Of a stretch of 64,000 nt of DNA, positions 23,807-39,240 are shown piece after piece; position 1 is the stretch's first letter; every line of letters begins with the position of its first letter. The DNA is from Octopus vulgaris (taxonomy: Eukaryota). Under the pieces are notes generated by a model. That model saw nothing but the letters and a program-made list of their open reading frames with translations. It did no database searches and was not told where the DNA came from. Made by a program: the position numbers and the translations under genes. The DNA lies in assembly GCA_951406725.2 (NCBI GenBank), contig OX597816.1, positions 166,718,001 to 166,782,000 of the forward strand. The letters run 5' to 3'.

Positions 23807-25060
23807 GATAAGGGTAGAAATTGATATTAATCAATTAAAACCAGTGGCCTAGCATATTTTTAAAAATCCGAAGATTAAAAATTTTTTGCATACAAAATTT
23901 AGAGGATTGACCACTAAAAGTGGACAGCCTGTATGCTGAATTTTTTCTTGAGAACACATTCTCCGTGGGAAATGGCGATTTTGATGTCTATATCTAGCGT
24001 ACAGGCTGTCCACTTTTAGTGGTCAATCCTCTAAATTTTGTATGTAAAAAATTTTTAATCTTCGAATTTTTTAAAATATGCTAGATCACTGGTTTTAATT
24101 GATTAATATCAATTTCTACCCTTATTTAATTTTAAATAAAAAAAAATGTTCTCTATCCGGTAAATTGACTGCTGTAGTTTATTAACTGCAGAGTAATTTC
24201 CGATCTCAGCGCGCCAAAGTGAAGGCATTTGAAAGATACACATAAATATAATTTGTGGAACTTATATACATATGTTGGATTTCGGTAAGCGGAAATGGCG
24301 GTTTTGACGTCTATACCTAGCATACAGGCTGTCCACTTTTATATATATAAAATCCTCTAAATTTTGTATATATTTATATATATAGTTGTGTAAATAATCT
24401 CGCCTTTAGTGGTTTTGGTTTGATGAAGTTTACAATGTGCACAGTTTGATCGAAAACCAATTTCAAATCATCCACAAGGATCTTGGAGACTAACGCCTCT
24501 CTCTCTGTATAAAACAGTGGGTTGATATTACATCTGAATTTATCTTTTTGATGATTGCCACCAAACCTCTCACGTTCCCTATCATATTTAAAGCTAATCC
24601 GTGCAAATTTCAATACAAGAATTACACAGTTCTCAATATTAGCTGATATAACTATTCTTCTGCGAATTGTATTATCAGACATAGGAATTTTCATAACCTC
24701 TTGCTCAGCATCATCACCAAACACTTTTCACAATCAAGCGGCCAGCAGGCTATTAATTGGGGTTTTGTTTGTTGAACAATCAGTTCAGCTACTTTGTACG
24801 ATACAATCTGCATTTTGTCTGTAATTGTCATTCGTTTTTCATAATATGATCTGTTCCAAAAGTACTGAACACTCTTGCCTGCCAGATCTTCATGTTTTGA
24901 CAACAGAATGTCTTTTCATCTTGATTGGGATCATATTGGAATCGAAAAGCTCTTCGCCACAGTTCAAAAACGTAGGTTGAGGTGCGTTTTTATCTCCAGT
25001 CCATGAGAAACCGAGATTCAAATAGCTATCCATATACTGTCGCAAGCTTCCGTTTTTGGA
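22727..25060 (-). pseudogene. hAT (Buster/Charlie, ZBED5/SCAND3-like) transposase remnant with one TIR
   Basis: TIR CAGGGGTTCCCAAAC at 22727; LLLHTGVRWLTRRKVL, MAYLVDIFSRLN, IPMSDNTIRRRI, IVNFIK motifs; interrupted by an insertion at about 23735-24380. Confidence 0.85.
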
Positions 25061-25119
25061 GGATTTCTAGGATCTGCTTCTGTTGTAGTTCTTTTAAGTT
25101 TTTTAATTTTTTCTTCCAG

Positions 25120-25371
25120 ATATGACTGGTTTGTCTTCAGAAAGCATGTGTGGCTGTGGATTACGTGGAAGCTGTGAGGGTGGACTATCACATAAATGTA
25201 ACTGCGATTCTGAAGCTAATAAGTGGCTTTCAGATAGTTCCTACATTCACAACAAGTCTCGTCTAGCTGTCTGTAAAGTTTGTGTCAAGAAGAAGTCTTA
25301 CGACAGTGCCAACGTTCAACAGAGAGTCAATGTTAATATTTACACTCTATATTGTTCGAGACGCTATCTCT
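25120..25371 (+). CDS. Exon 9: MTGLSSESMCGCGLRGSCEGGLSHKCNCDSEANKWLSD...LYCSRRYL
   Basis: tccag| ... |gtaagt, phase 1-1, CGCG..CNCD..W motif. Confidence 0.88.
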
Positions 25372-26173
25372 GTAAGTAAAATCATAAGCTAATCTGCATT
25401 TACCTGCTCTGTCACTAGTCACATATCTAACGCTTCTCTGTGTCACAAATCACATCCCAGATATGTGTTAATAATTCTATTTTAAATTAATATCTTTTGT
25501 ATCAGTACTTGATAGTACTTGTGTAGCGCCATGTTCTGATTTTTAGTTTTAGAAAAAAATCCCATAATATGTCCCTATATTCTGTTCCTGCATTGTGTTC
25601 CTGTACGAATAACTATTTTATATTCTAATCCAGTTCTAGTCCTATTCCTATATTCTAGTCTTATTCAAGTCAACGTAATGGTAACTTCATTGCTGTAATC
25701 TATATGCTGCAAATTGATAAAGTTATCAGAGCATCAGGGAGAATGCCACATGATATTTGTTCCAGATCTTTGCACTCTGAGTTCAATTCCTACCGAGCAC
25801 GTTTTTTTCCTTTTATCCTTTTAGAGTCGGTAAATAAGCACAGTAAGTATTAGTGCTGATTCTTCTTTCTCACTGAAAGAAATCGGTTGTTTCTCTATCT
25901 GAAGAAGGGTTAGCACTGATAGGTTTAAACTCCAAAGGCATAACTGTATCTCTATGACTCCATTAGGATCTGAGGGACCAAAGTAGAAAGGAAGGTGTAA
26001 TCTGTAATTAAGTCACCAAGATAGAAATTGTTACACAGTTCAAATCTACTAATTAATCTGTTATTATTATTCAATTTTAATCTCAATTTGCCGGTGCTGC
26101 TGCTGCTAATATGATTTACATAATTAACATTATGTAATTGTTAATATCCTCTCGTTATGATTTCCCCCAAAAG

Positions 26174-26310
26174 CTCACCAACTGACATGTCAATATCACA
26201 GAAACAGCCGAGTATCCTCTTCCGGGGAATTTTTCCTGTTATCTACGGATACCGGAATACAAGTTCCTGTCTACTGCGAGATGATTCATAATCCCCCGAC
26301 AGGAATTACG
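26174..26310 (+). CDS. Exon 10 (module 3): HQLTCQYHRNSRVSSSGEFFLLSTDTGIQVPVYCEMIHNPPTGIT
   Basis: aaag| ... |gtaagt, phase 1-0, VYC.M motif. Confidence 0.8.
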
Positions 26311-27018
26311 GTAAGTTTCACAAATAATTCTTTAACAAATTCTTTTAATAATGGTTTTATTCTGTCTTATCACTCCTATGCACCACCAGGTACCTGTTTC
26401 CTATCTTGGTTTCTTTTTTACACTTTTCGACGAATGTGGTCATGAAGCCAGATACACTGTAGCCTGCTGTCTGAACTGTTGAGGACGTTAGCTTCTACAA
26501 CAGCAACAACAGCCGTTCAAGAATTTGGATCTGGAGATCTCCATTTCCAGCGACTTCGAGGGCCACCTCCCAGTGGTGTCGGGCGTCAACAAAACGACCA
26601 AAGTTTTTTTTCCAAGGTCTGGGGTCTCCCGCCCCTAAGCCCTAGACCATCACCTAATCACCCTTACACGTCTTGTTGCTTAACAACAACAACAACAACA
26701 ACAGCAACAGCAATAACAACAACTACTACTACGACGACGACGATGACGACTACTACCTCATCCTTTTCTTCTTTCTCCTTTTCCTCTTCTCCTTCTCCTT
26801 CTTCTACACCTCGCCATCCTTCACTTCTTTAAAGCTTTGGGTAAAATTCTTTGCAATGATTAATTGATTTCAAAGTTCAAAATTCATCAAAGTCAGCACT
26901 GCGTTTCATCTCTGTGGGATCGACAGAATCAAGTACCTGTCAATTTCTATAACCAACAATTCTTCCCCATAAGCTTCTGGTTTTGTACCTATATTAGAAA
27001 CGACAACAACAACAACAA

Positions 27019-27077
<59 letters not shown>

Positions 27078-27078
27078 G

Positions 27079-29450
<2,372 letters not shown>

Positions 29451-29452
29451 TA

Positions 29453-29523
<71 letters not shown>

Positions 29524-29532
29524 TCATCATCA

Positions 29533-29574
<42 letters not shown>

Positions 29575-29579
<5 letters not shown>

Positions 29580-29935
29580 TTATGTTTGACTTTTGCTTTA
29601 CATTTGTACAAGTTGGCTCCAAGTCTCACCCAGAGACCTCAAGAGACAACAAGTTGGAAGTTCATGTTGGTGTTATGCCTAGGGTGCCATATATTTGGTT
29701 TTATACATAGTGTTATTCTAGAGAATGTTTAAGAAACCATAAGAAAATTATGTGTTTGTTTTAAAACTTGAGATTACATAGAAGTATTTTGCGTAGGATA
29801 TGAGCAGTTCCCATGAGCACTATCTTTTGAATTTCTGCCATTTTGGGGTTTGTTGGTATCTGAGCTAGGTATCAGTGCCTTTTGCTATCGTTCCCAGGGC
29901 ACCTATGACAACAGGTATTACTTTAGTCTTCAGTA
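29575..29935 (-). pseudogene. RLE-type LINE 3' end fragment
   Basis: KTKVIPVVIGALGTI, flanked by (TAA)n. Confidence 0.7.
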
Positions 29936-29941
29936 ATATTA

Positions 29942-30018
<77 letters not shown>

Positions 30019-30032
30019 ATTATTATTATTAA

Positions 30033-30107
<75 letters not shown>

Positions 30108-30112
30108 ACTAG

Positions 30113-30341
30113 GTTGTCTATCCACGTGATCCCATAATTGAAATCTCTGTGAATGGAACTGATATTGAGATACCTTACTTCACGATTGATATGGATCTCA
30201 TCATCGAAATCATCTCAAAATCTTACTACTGTACCCAGGAGTTAACGATATTTTGCAACACTTCCAAACTAGTGTTAAAGAATGAGTTCGGATGGTATTC
30301 TCGAGACGGAGTAGTCCAGCACTATTGGCCTGCCGAGAAAG
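30113..30341 (+). CDS. Exon 11: VVYPRDPIIEISVNGTD...SYYCTQELTIFCNTS...FGWYSRDGVVQHYWPAEK
   Basis: actag| ... |gtattt, phase 0-1, GW.SRDG...YW motif typical of the Caspr-type module. Confidence 0.85.
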
Positions 30342-30592
30342 GTATTTATTTATTTACTTTGTTTACATTAAATTTTCTCAAGCAGTTTAGATTCGATTTC
30401 TAAAAGCAAAATTGTTGAGTTATTGTCTGGGAAGAAAAGAAAACTTGCAATTAAATGTTTTCTAGCTGTTTGTCGATAGCTTTTCGTCAGATGCCTGTCA
30501 TAGCTGATGACCATGAGTCCTGTCAGCTTTCCCATTCCAGATACATTGACATAACTCTTCTCAATATATATATATATATATACCACGTACAT

Positions 30593-30705
<113 letters not shown>

Positions 30706-30879
30706 TACATATATATATATACATACATATATATATATATATGCAAAATAGTTGGTTGTACAATCTCAAGGAGAGATCGGAGTAGTAAGTATACTAACGA
30801 GTAAAGTCAATCGCCACATCAAAGTGAGTGTTCCATGTTGCTACTAGTTTAACCCCAGGTAGCTCTTCCACCAACTGGT

Positions 30880-30931
<52 letters not shown>

Positions 30932-31038
30932 AAGGATGCAGCACCACACAGATAACCAGCTGGCAGAAGATCTGCCTGGGGTTAAACTAGTACTAATTAA
31001 CATGGAACAGCCACTTTGATGTGACGATTAACTTTACT

Positions 31039-31087
<49 letters not shown>

Positions 31088-31264
31088 TTCAAATTTACTT
31101 TTAAAAAATGGAAGACGAAGACTGCTGTAGGAACAAGCAGGTGTATTAATTTAACGCTCTTCGACAGAAAGGAATAAGAGTAAAAAATGGAAAGAGAACG
31201 AAAATTACGAAGAGAGGAAAACTGCGTAGAGTTCAGCGGTCCAGCATGGTGGAATGACTACTAC

Positions 31265-31315
<51 letters not shown>

Positions 31316-31627
31316 GTTTTTCCTTCTTTCTTCAAATGTTCTTCCGTTTCTCGCCGAGTGTTTTCCATACACCTAGGGCAGAGAAGCTCATTGTATACAT
31401 TCCTAGATTACACACGCAAATTCACAGATAAAATATGTATTTAAAAATTAATAAATAAATAAATTCATGGATGGATGTTGTTTTCACAGCGATAATGCTC
31501 TTCTCAGTACATGAGCCGTTCCAGTTAATACGATTTTTTGCACTTCCTGTAGGGATGGTAAGCCTGGAATCATTTTCAAATAGGTTTCACTACTTTTTTA
31601 TCATTCCTAGAGATCCTACAATCACTG

Positions 31628-31671
<44 letters not shown>

Positions 31672-32096
31672 CATTATTATTATATTGAAATTCAGGATAA
31701 AATCTATATATGATTTTACCAGGCAGTTAGCATGTAATAAACCGGTAAAGGTAAAATTAATACATTTATAAATAAATATTCAGGGAAAAGCAAGTAAGTA
31801 CACTGGCTTAGCCACATGCTTAAAGAAGACGCCAAATGTCTCTAAGCTACCTTAGAATTATTACAACAAATACACGCCGAATTCGAGCAAATAAACGAAA
31901 AAGGTTCATGAAAAGGTTTAATTACATATCAATTGATTTCAGGATTAAAGGGAAACCCTTTCTTCCATCATTAGTGTAATACAACCCAGAGCACATGAAG
32001 ACGAACAATTATATACATATATATATATATAAATATATATATTATATTTTATATTATTTTAATATTTTATATTTTATATTTTTTTAATATTTTTTA

Positions 32097-32476
32097 ATTG
32101 TGATGGCTGATCCCGCTTATAATAAAGAGCAGTTACTGTTTATACCTCGCTCAGAGATTTATTATTGTTTTCGAACAGATTTTCTACGCCAGTGCCTGTG
32201 GTTACTGTGAAAATCTATATATATCTGGCCTGTACAGGAAGTCCCTCAACGAAGAACGGTGCTTGCCATGCGCTGACGAGAGGCGATTACCTCGAAACCG
32301 GTCCGTGTGTAGCATCCGTATCTTCGGGGAGGCTGATCTCCCTTTGCAGGCCAGCAAGGACACCGTGATGGTGTCGGCTCTTCTGTTGACGTCAATAGTC
32401 GCCTGGGGCTAAATGCATCAGTAACACCCCCACCACCCCGCCCTGTCCCTAGCCACATTGTGATGGCTGATCCCGC
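32097..32476 (+). mobile_element. Non-autonomous retrozyme-like unit: 360 nt plus a 20-nt terminal direct repeat
   Basis: ATTGTGATGGCTGATCCCGC at 32097 and 32457; GC-richer island in AT-rich DNA; central hammerhead. Confidence 0.65.
32267..32309 (+). ncRNA. Type I hammerhead ribozyme motif (canonical core) inside a 360-nt retrozyme-like unit
   Basis: CATGCG-CTGACGA-GAGG-CGATTA-CCTC-GAAA-CCGG-TC-CGTGTG; GUC site at 32301-32303. Confidence 0.87.
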
Positions 32477-33011
32477 ATATATTATATATATATATATATA
32501 TTAGAAATAAAACCACTATTAGGCAACTCAAACAGTGTTAGACATAAACCAAAACATAAAAGACAAAAAATAAATATAATTAATATAATATATAATTAAT
32601 ATAATATACAATATATCATATAAAATTTAAATTTTAAATTATAAAAATTTCAAATTTTTAAATTAATATTTATAAATTTTTATATTTTTAATATTTGAAA
32701 TTTGAAATTTTTTAAATTTTTAAACTCAAAAATTTTTTTTTTAACTAACCAAAAAGTATAAAAAGGTTAAATATAATATAATAAGTAAAAACACTACGTA
32801 CGTTTCATGGCTATAATTCAATTCGAATTGCAATTAAGTTTAAATTCAAATAAAATTTAATGTTTTGGTTTATGTCTATCACTGTTTGAATTGCATAATA
32901 GTGGTTTTATCTCTAATTTAACTTATATTTATACTGTGAAATTTGATTTAATCCTAAATTTAATTTTTCCCTGTAAGTTTGGATATACTCCCTAATATTA
33001 TTATATATATG

Positions 33012-33111
<100 letters not shown>

Positions 33112-33592
33112 CAAGTCCCTGAACAAAAAAAAAGACAGGAAAAAAACAGAAAAGTCAATTAGATGTACATGGTGTATATATTAGATAGTTTACGCTCAGA
33201 TGGAAAAATAGGAGTAGGAATGACTTTTCGAGCATCATTCTTCGTCGAATACAGCAAAAAGGTCAATAGAAGAGAAAAGGGCCGATGTATCAGGTAGTCC
33301 GTATGAAAGCACATGTAGTCGTTATATGGCCAAATGTGTACACACACACACACACATATATATATATACATATGTTCTGGTCGGTCACGTGATATATATA
33401 TATATATACATGCATACAGGGAGAGAAAGAGAGAGAGAGAGAGAGATAACACGCAGCCGGTCCGGAAATTGGACATCTTATGCGCCTTGACAAGAATTAT
33501 TATAACTATTTAAAAATTTCTACGAAGTTATTTTATTTTCCTTCTGTTGGAAAACCAAACAACGATTCTTAATATTTTCTCTCTATTTTCAG

Positions 33593-33760
33593 GTGGCGTT
33601 GGATGTGGAGGAGATAATTGTAACTGTAAAATAGAAAATGGCGAAAACCAAGAGGATTTCGGAGTTATCATAGATAAAACTCTTCTTCCAGTAAGCAGAA
33701 TAAAACTCGGGCCTTCAGAAGGCAGCCGTAAAATACTGATTGGTCCTCTCAAGTGTTACG
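33593..33760 (+). CDS. Exon 12: GGVGCGGDNCNCKIENGENQEDFGVIIDKTLLPVSRIKLG...IGPLKCY
   Basis: ttcag| ... |gtaaat, phase 1-1, D.G.I.DK..LPV and GPL.C motifs. Confidence 0.9.
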
Positions 33761-34047
33761 GTAAATATCAAACTATTTGTAGCCTTTTTATAAATGCGCA
33801 TTTAATCTGAAATATGAACAGGTGCAAGCAATGTTGTGTGGTTAAGAATCTAGCTTTGTAACCTCGCAGTTTTAGGTTCAACAGGTTCCACAGCGCGGCA
33901 CATTGGATATGAGCCTTTCCACTGCGTACCATCATGGGTAAGTGTCTGCTATTGTAGCTTTAGTCCGACCAAAGAGCCTTCTGAGTGGATTCGGTAGGCG
34001 GAAACTGAATGAATCCCATCGTATGTGTGTGTGTGTTTATGTGTGTT

Positions 34048-34100
<53 letters not shown>

Positions 34101-34916
34101 CTTCAGAAACGTAACCATACGTGGACCGTTGGCGATTTCCCTTTTTCCTTCTTCTTTGGACTTTTCCCTTTCTCCTCTTCGACGAAGAGCCATGCTCGAA
34201 ACATTAAAAACTCTCTTCTTTCACCGAACGTCAAACTAATAGAAATTTTATCCTCAGATTCGTTTTTTTTCTCTTGTCTTTTTCGGGTTTTTTTTTCTCT
34301 CTCTTCGTTTCGTATTCGTCTTTTGAATTGTTTATTCGTTGATTTGACTATATATATGTGTGTGTGTGTGTGTGTGTGAGCATTTTCTTCCTCATATTTT
34401 TCTCCCCTTCACCGTTTTCTGTCTGTCTCTTTCTCCCTTTCTCATTTTTCTCTCACTCGTTGCTCACGCGTGACCATCGTCCATCTATCTTTTCTTCACG
34501 TCGTCATCTTTCTTTCCCTTCAAGACTGTCCTAGGACTGGAGGTATTCTACTTTTCTCTTCTGTCTTTACTCTTTTCAAAGACAATATTCCTCGAGCGTT
34601 CGCTATTGTACCCACGTTCTGGTCTAGCGACCTATTGTGTTTGTATTCGTTCGCCTTCCTTGTGTCTCCACTGTCCTGTTTTGTTCTCACCTTTGACCCT
34701 CCATGGATCCAAAATTTTATTTTTGTATTTGTGGGAGCAACTGTCTTCGAGGACTCATATTGTCGTTCAGTGCTCGAAATGAAGAGTGGACGGTCGTTCT
34801 TGTGTTACTTGTCCTGTTTTCCATTTGTTTCTCTCGTTGATTGCGTGTTGAACTCATTTGTTTTCGTATTTCATGTTGTTTCATGTTGGTGACGTCCTGT
34901 GCCCATATATGCATAC

Positions 34917-34997
<81 letters not shown>

Positions 34998-35263
34998 TGC
35001 ATGTATGTATGCATGCATGTATGTGTGCGTATGTGTGTGTGTATGTATATATATATATATGCATATATATATATGTATTAAGAACAATCTTACTTAGAAA
35101 TGGATGCGTGCGTTCCGTCATATAATAAATTAATAAATAAATAAAACATATGCATATATACATACATATATGTACGTACCTACCTCTACATGTATATATA
35201 CATGCATATATGGGTACAGGACACCAAAAAACGTCGAACATGTATGTATATATGTATGTATGA

Positions 35264-35318
<55 letters not shown>

Positions 35319-35390
35319 TATGTGTTTGTGTATGTATATATATGCATATATATATGTGTACATATATATGATAACACAAATGAGCTGAGG

Positions 35391-35479
35391 TTCACTACAG
35401 CTGTTTCGGGTGTGTTTTTTTAGTGATGAAACAATTACATCATTTACATCATGTAACAAAACCGTTTTCTTCAGATGAA
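35391..35479 (-). ncRNA. Hammerhead motif with long, weak stem II
   Basis: Minus strand TTCAT-CTGAAGA-...-GAAA-CAGCTG-TA-GTGAA. Confidence 0.55.
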
Positions 35480-35805
35480 TTAAAATCTAAAATTTAGCAT
35501 TTAAGATTTTTCACACTCAAAAAACCTACAGAATATATTTAGAATGTATTTTGACTCTCTCATCTCGGTACCAGCCGAGAGAGTAAATTCAGGAAGGCTA
35601 GTTTGATGTTAAATATATTTTGGGTGTAGGCCTTAAAGAACTCTTGGTTTGGGGTCTGGCCTAGATATTAAAGAGGTTAAAAACCACTGATCTACAATCG
35701 CCAAATAATTTGATGTGATTTGATGGGGATTTGGCTGCTATTCCTAACAAGTCATGTAACGAGACAACGCCTGTATTTGCTTATGATGTCCATGTAAAAA
35801 AAATA

Positions 35806-36218
35806 GGCGTAGGAGTGGCTGTGTGGTAAGTAGCTTGTTTACCAACCACATGGTTCCGGGTTCAGTCCCACTGCGTGGCACCTTGGGCAAGTGTCTTCTA
35901 CTATAGCCTCGGGCCGACCAAAGCCTTGTGAGTGGATTTGGTAGACGGAAACTGAAAGAAGCCCGTCGTATATATGTATATATATGTGTGTGTGTGTGTT
36001 TGTGTGTCTGTGTTTGTCCCCCTAGCATTCCTTGACAACCGATGCTGGTGTGTTTATGTCCCCGTTACTTAGCGGTCGGCAAAGATACCGATAGAATAAG
36101 TACTGGGCTTACAAAATAATAAGTCCCGGGGTCGAGCTGCTCGATTAAAGGCGGTGCTCCAGCATGGCCGCAGTCAAATGACTGAAACAAGTATAAAAGA
36201 GTAAAGAGTAAAAGAGTA
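35806..36218 (+). mobile_element. SINE family A copy
   Basis: Near-identical to 8231-8707. Confidence 0.88.
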
Positions 36219-36281
36219 ACAAGTTACCGAAAGCATTGGGTAGTTTAATCCATTTATTTCGCTTGTGTTTATTTACTGCAG

Positions 36282-36436
36282 ACGTCTACAGGGACTGCCA
36301 AGACATCAAAGAACACTACATGAATAAAAATCCTTTGAGCAATGACGTCTATCCTATTGACCCAGACGGCGCTGGTGGCGAACATCTGTTTGCGGCTACT
36401 TGTAATTTTACCGACCGTTATGTTGCTGTCACAGAG
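36282..36436 (+). CDS. Exon 13 (module 4): VYRDCQDIKEHYMNKNPLSNDVYPIDPDGAGGEHLFAATCNFTDRYVAVTE
   Basis: tgcag| ... |gtaatt, phase 1-0, IDPDG.G motif. Confidence 0.9.
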
Positions 36437-37693
36437 GTAATTAATTCAAGAATCACTAAGTCAATTTACATTGTTACACTTTAAATTATAAATAATAATA
36501 TCATTGTTATTGTTGATAAGCTGCTAATTTGAATTTTTATTTTTATTTTTATTTTTATTCAATTAGAAGGGAAAGCATTGTAATGACCTTTTCTCCTAAT
36601 GGAAGAAAGTAATGATGTAAGGAAAGGACTGAGGGGGACGGGGAGAGAAGTAAGGCAGGAGGTAGGGATGGAGAGAGAGGAAGTTATCCTTGGATATGGT
36701 GGGACAACAAGCAATGTATACACTGTGGTGTAGCTGTAATGATGGGTTAACAACCAGTGCTTACAGGTGGGTTAACACCAGTGCACTTACAGGTGTTTCG
36801 CATTAAGTCCCTCAATAAAGCACTTCATTTCTTGTTACTCTAGTCTGCTCAGCTGCTTCACAACTGCTGATTGTTTGTTTATTTTCCTGTAACTTAGCGG
36901 TTTGGCTAAAGCTACCAATAAATTAAGTACAAGATTTTAAAAATATGAGTAATGGGACCGATTTGATTGACCAAGACATTTCAGGTTGTGTCCCGGCATG
37001 GCCGCAGTCCAATGACTGAAACAAGTGAAAAAAAATAAACGAATAAATATGCCATAGAGTTTGGAGCCAGAGGTTTTGCGGGCAAATCTGTTTACGATCT
37101 AATAAAACAACTGTCAGCCTCTCGGAAGAACAGGACCAAAAACCTAAAGGCAATATCAGAGACAGCAGAGAGATGCTCCAGCTGGATCTGGTTGAGGAGG
37201 AACAAGAATGACCTCCAAACTGTGTGAAGGCAATTTTTATAGGTTAATGATAAGGGAAGTAACTCTGAGTCATTGTGAGAGCTTTGGCACTTTACCGTTA
37301 CCATGACAACCAACGATATTTCTTCTTTAAGTATAATTTTGGAAGCTGAAACAGCAGAGAGGGGTTTCAACTAGATGAACTCTCCAAGCGGTTTAAATGC
37401 ACAAGTCTCCGAAATCCAAGTTGCTAAAAAGTGTCAGCAAAAATGCATCCAAGAGTCATGACTTGGACGTGGCCTGGCCCCTCATAGTCTAAGAAGTTAA
37501 GGCCTGAAACACTTGCCTGAGTAGGGTTTCTTCTTTGAAAACCTTCTGCTGTTCAGCTCCCTTGAAAGTTTCTTACCACTGCCTGTTTTTTGATATTACC
37601 AAAGTATAGAAATACTTGATTGAGAGAAAAACCTAACTAAAATCCTTTGTAAAACTTAACTGATATTTTTTTTTTTTTTTTCTGTTTCCGTAG

Positions 37694-37822
37694 GTGACAC
37701 ATGCAATAACCGAATTTACCACAGTGACTCTCACGACAGGAGTGAATATCACACTTAATTATACATTATCAACTGTGGATCAAATTAAAGCACTCGTCAA
37801 CTATTCTAAATTCTGTCATCAG
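37694..37822 (+). CDS. Exon 14: VTHAITEFTTVTLTTGVNITLNYTLSTVDQIKALVNYSKFCHQ
   Basis: cgtag| ... |gtaaca, phase 0-0. Confidence 0.85.
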
Positions 37823-38844
37823 GTAACAAAATTTACATTAAATTAAAAACTTCAGTCAATGTTATACATTAATTGAAAATATGTTTGAATTGTGTATAGT
37901 TCTAGTTTTGTTTAGATTTATCGATTCCTGCCAGCTTTGATTGATGGTACGCACAATGTGGTCGAAATACCTCGATGTCTCAAAGTCCCCTTACGTCATT
38001 AAAATGCCTGTGTTATGAACATATATCATCTAAAGGGAGGAGGTTTCTCCGTCGAGGAAAAACAACAGCGATCAGCATATCCACGTTCAAATCTATCACA
38101 ACAAATTGAGAATGAACAGATGTTATTGTATGGACTCGTGCTGTTCTGAGTGCACCTCATGATTTATCATCAGTTTGGCAAACATCTGTACGCATCAACA
38201 AAAATCGATGATTCCCATACACAAGATTCATTGATTAGGTTGTTGGGTAGCCTTGACTGGTGAGACATACAATAATGGCAAAAAGCCATAATGTCTCAAA
38301 ATCCCATCGCACTATTAAGTCTCTCCCTACTAGTCTCGGGAACTCTGTAAAGGGTCATGAGCACTACCTTCGCTCTTAACTAAAAGATAAAAAAGAACTG
38401 AACCACTTTCATACATACATTATAAATATAATTTGTAAGTGGGACAATCAGAATATGCAAGACTTTTCTCAATTCTAAAATGTGAATTTGCGTTTATTAT
38501 TTACATTACAAATATGGAGCTTTGTTTCTTTGCTAGAAACCAGCACCTTCCTTACAGGAGGACTTCAAATAATTAAAAATAGAAGAGGACATACATATAT
38601 ACATACATACATGCGTACATACATGCATCATGCATACATACATACACACATATAAATACACATATACACACATGCATACATATATACACATACACACACA
38701 TACACACACATACACACACATACACATACATGCACATACATACGTACATACACACAAACATACACAGACACACACACACACACACACATACGTTATTAAA
38801 TGATTTGTAATTAGTTCTAAAATTCAAATGTTTATATTAAACAG

Positions 38845-39178
38845 GATGTGGAATACCAATGTCAAAATACCGCTTTGATTAATAATGGAACCGACTCTTT
38901 TGGTTACCTGGTTTCTTACGACGGGACAAAAATGGATCGTTTTGGTATTGGTTACTCTGATGACGGTATTGGCTGTGCATGCATGGTGACTGGCACTTGT
39001 CCTGATAAACATACATGTGAATGTGATGCAAAATCTTCTGACTTGAAGTGGGATGGAGGTGTTGTGGTCGAGAAACAATATCTTCCTTTAACAGAGGCCG
39101 TTTTTATTCCAACTACGGAGACAAATCAAAATGCTAAAATATCCATAAGTTCCATAAAATGTTCTTCAAAACCAATTT
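38845..39178 (+). CDS. Exon 15: DVEYQCQN...IGCACMVTGTCPDKHTCECDAKSSDLKWDGGVVVEKQYLP...IKCSSKPI
   Basis: aacag| ... |gtaaga, phase 0-1. Confidence 0.92.
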
Positions 39179-39240
39179 GTAAGAATCCTTGTTGCTTGTT
39201 TTACTTATCTTTAACCAATTATAATTTTTTCACTCTTTAA

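Noticed and set aside
25908-25990. Lone CTGAAGA/CTGATGA heptamers (also 3428, 55422, 60672) and decayed half-motifs at 18510-18580 and 19335-19400
   Set aside because: They lack a properly placed GAAA/NUH with supporting stems, so I did not count them as hammerheads.
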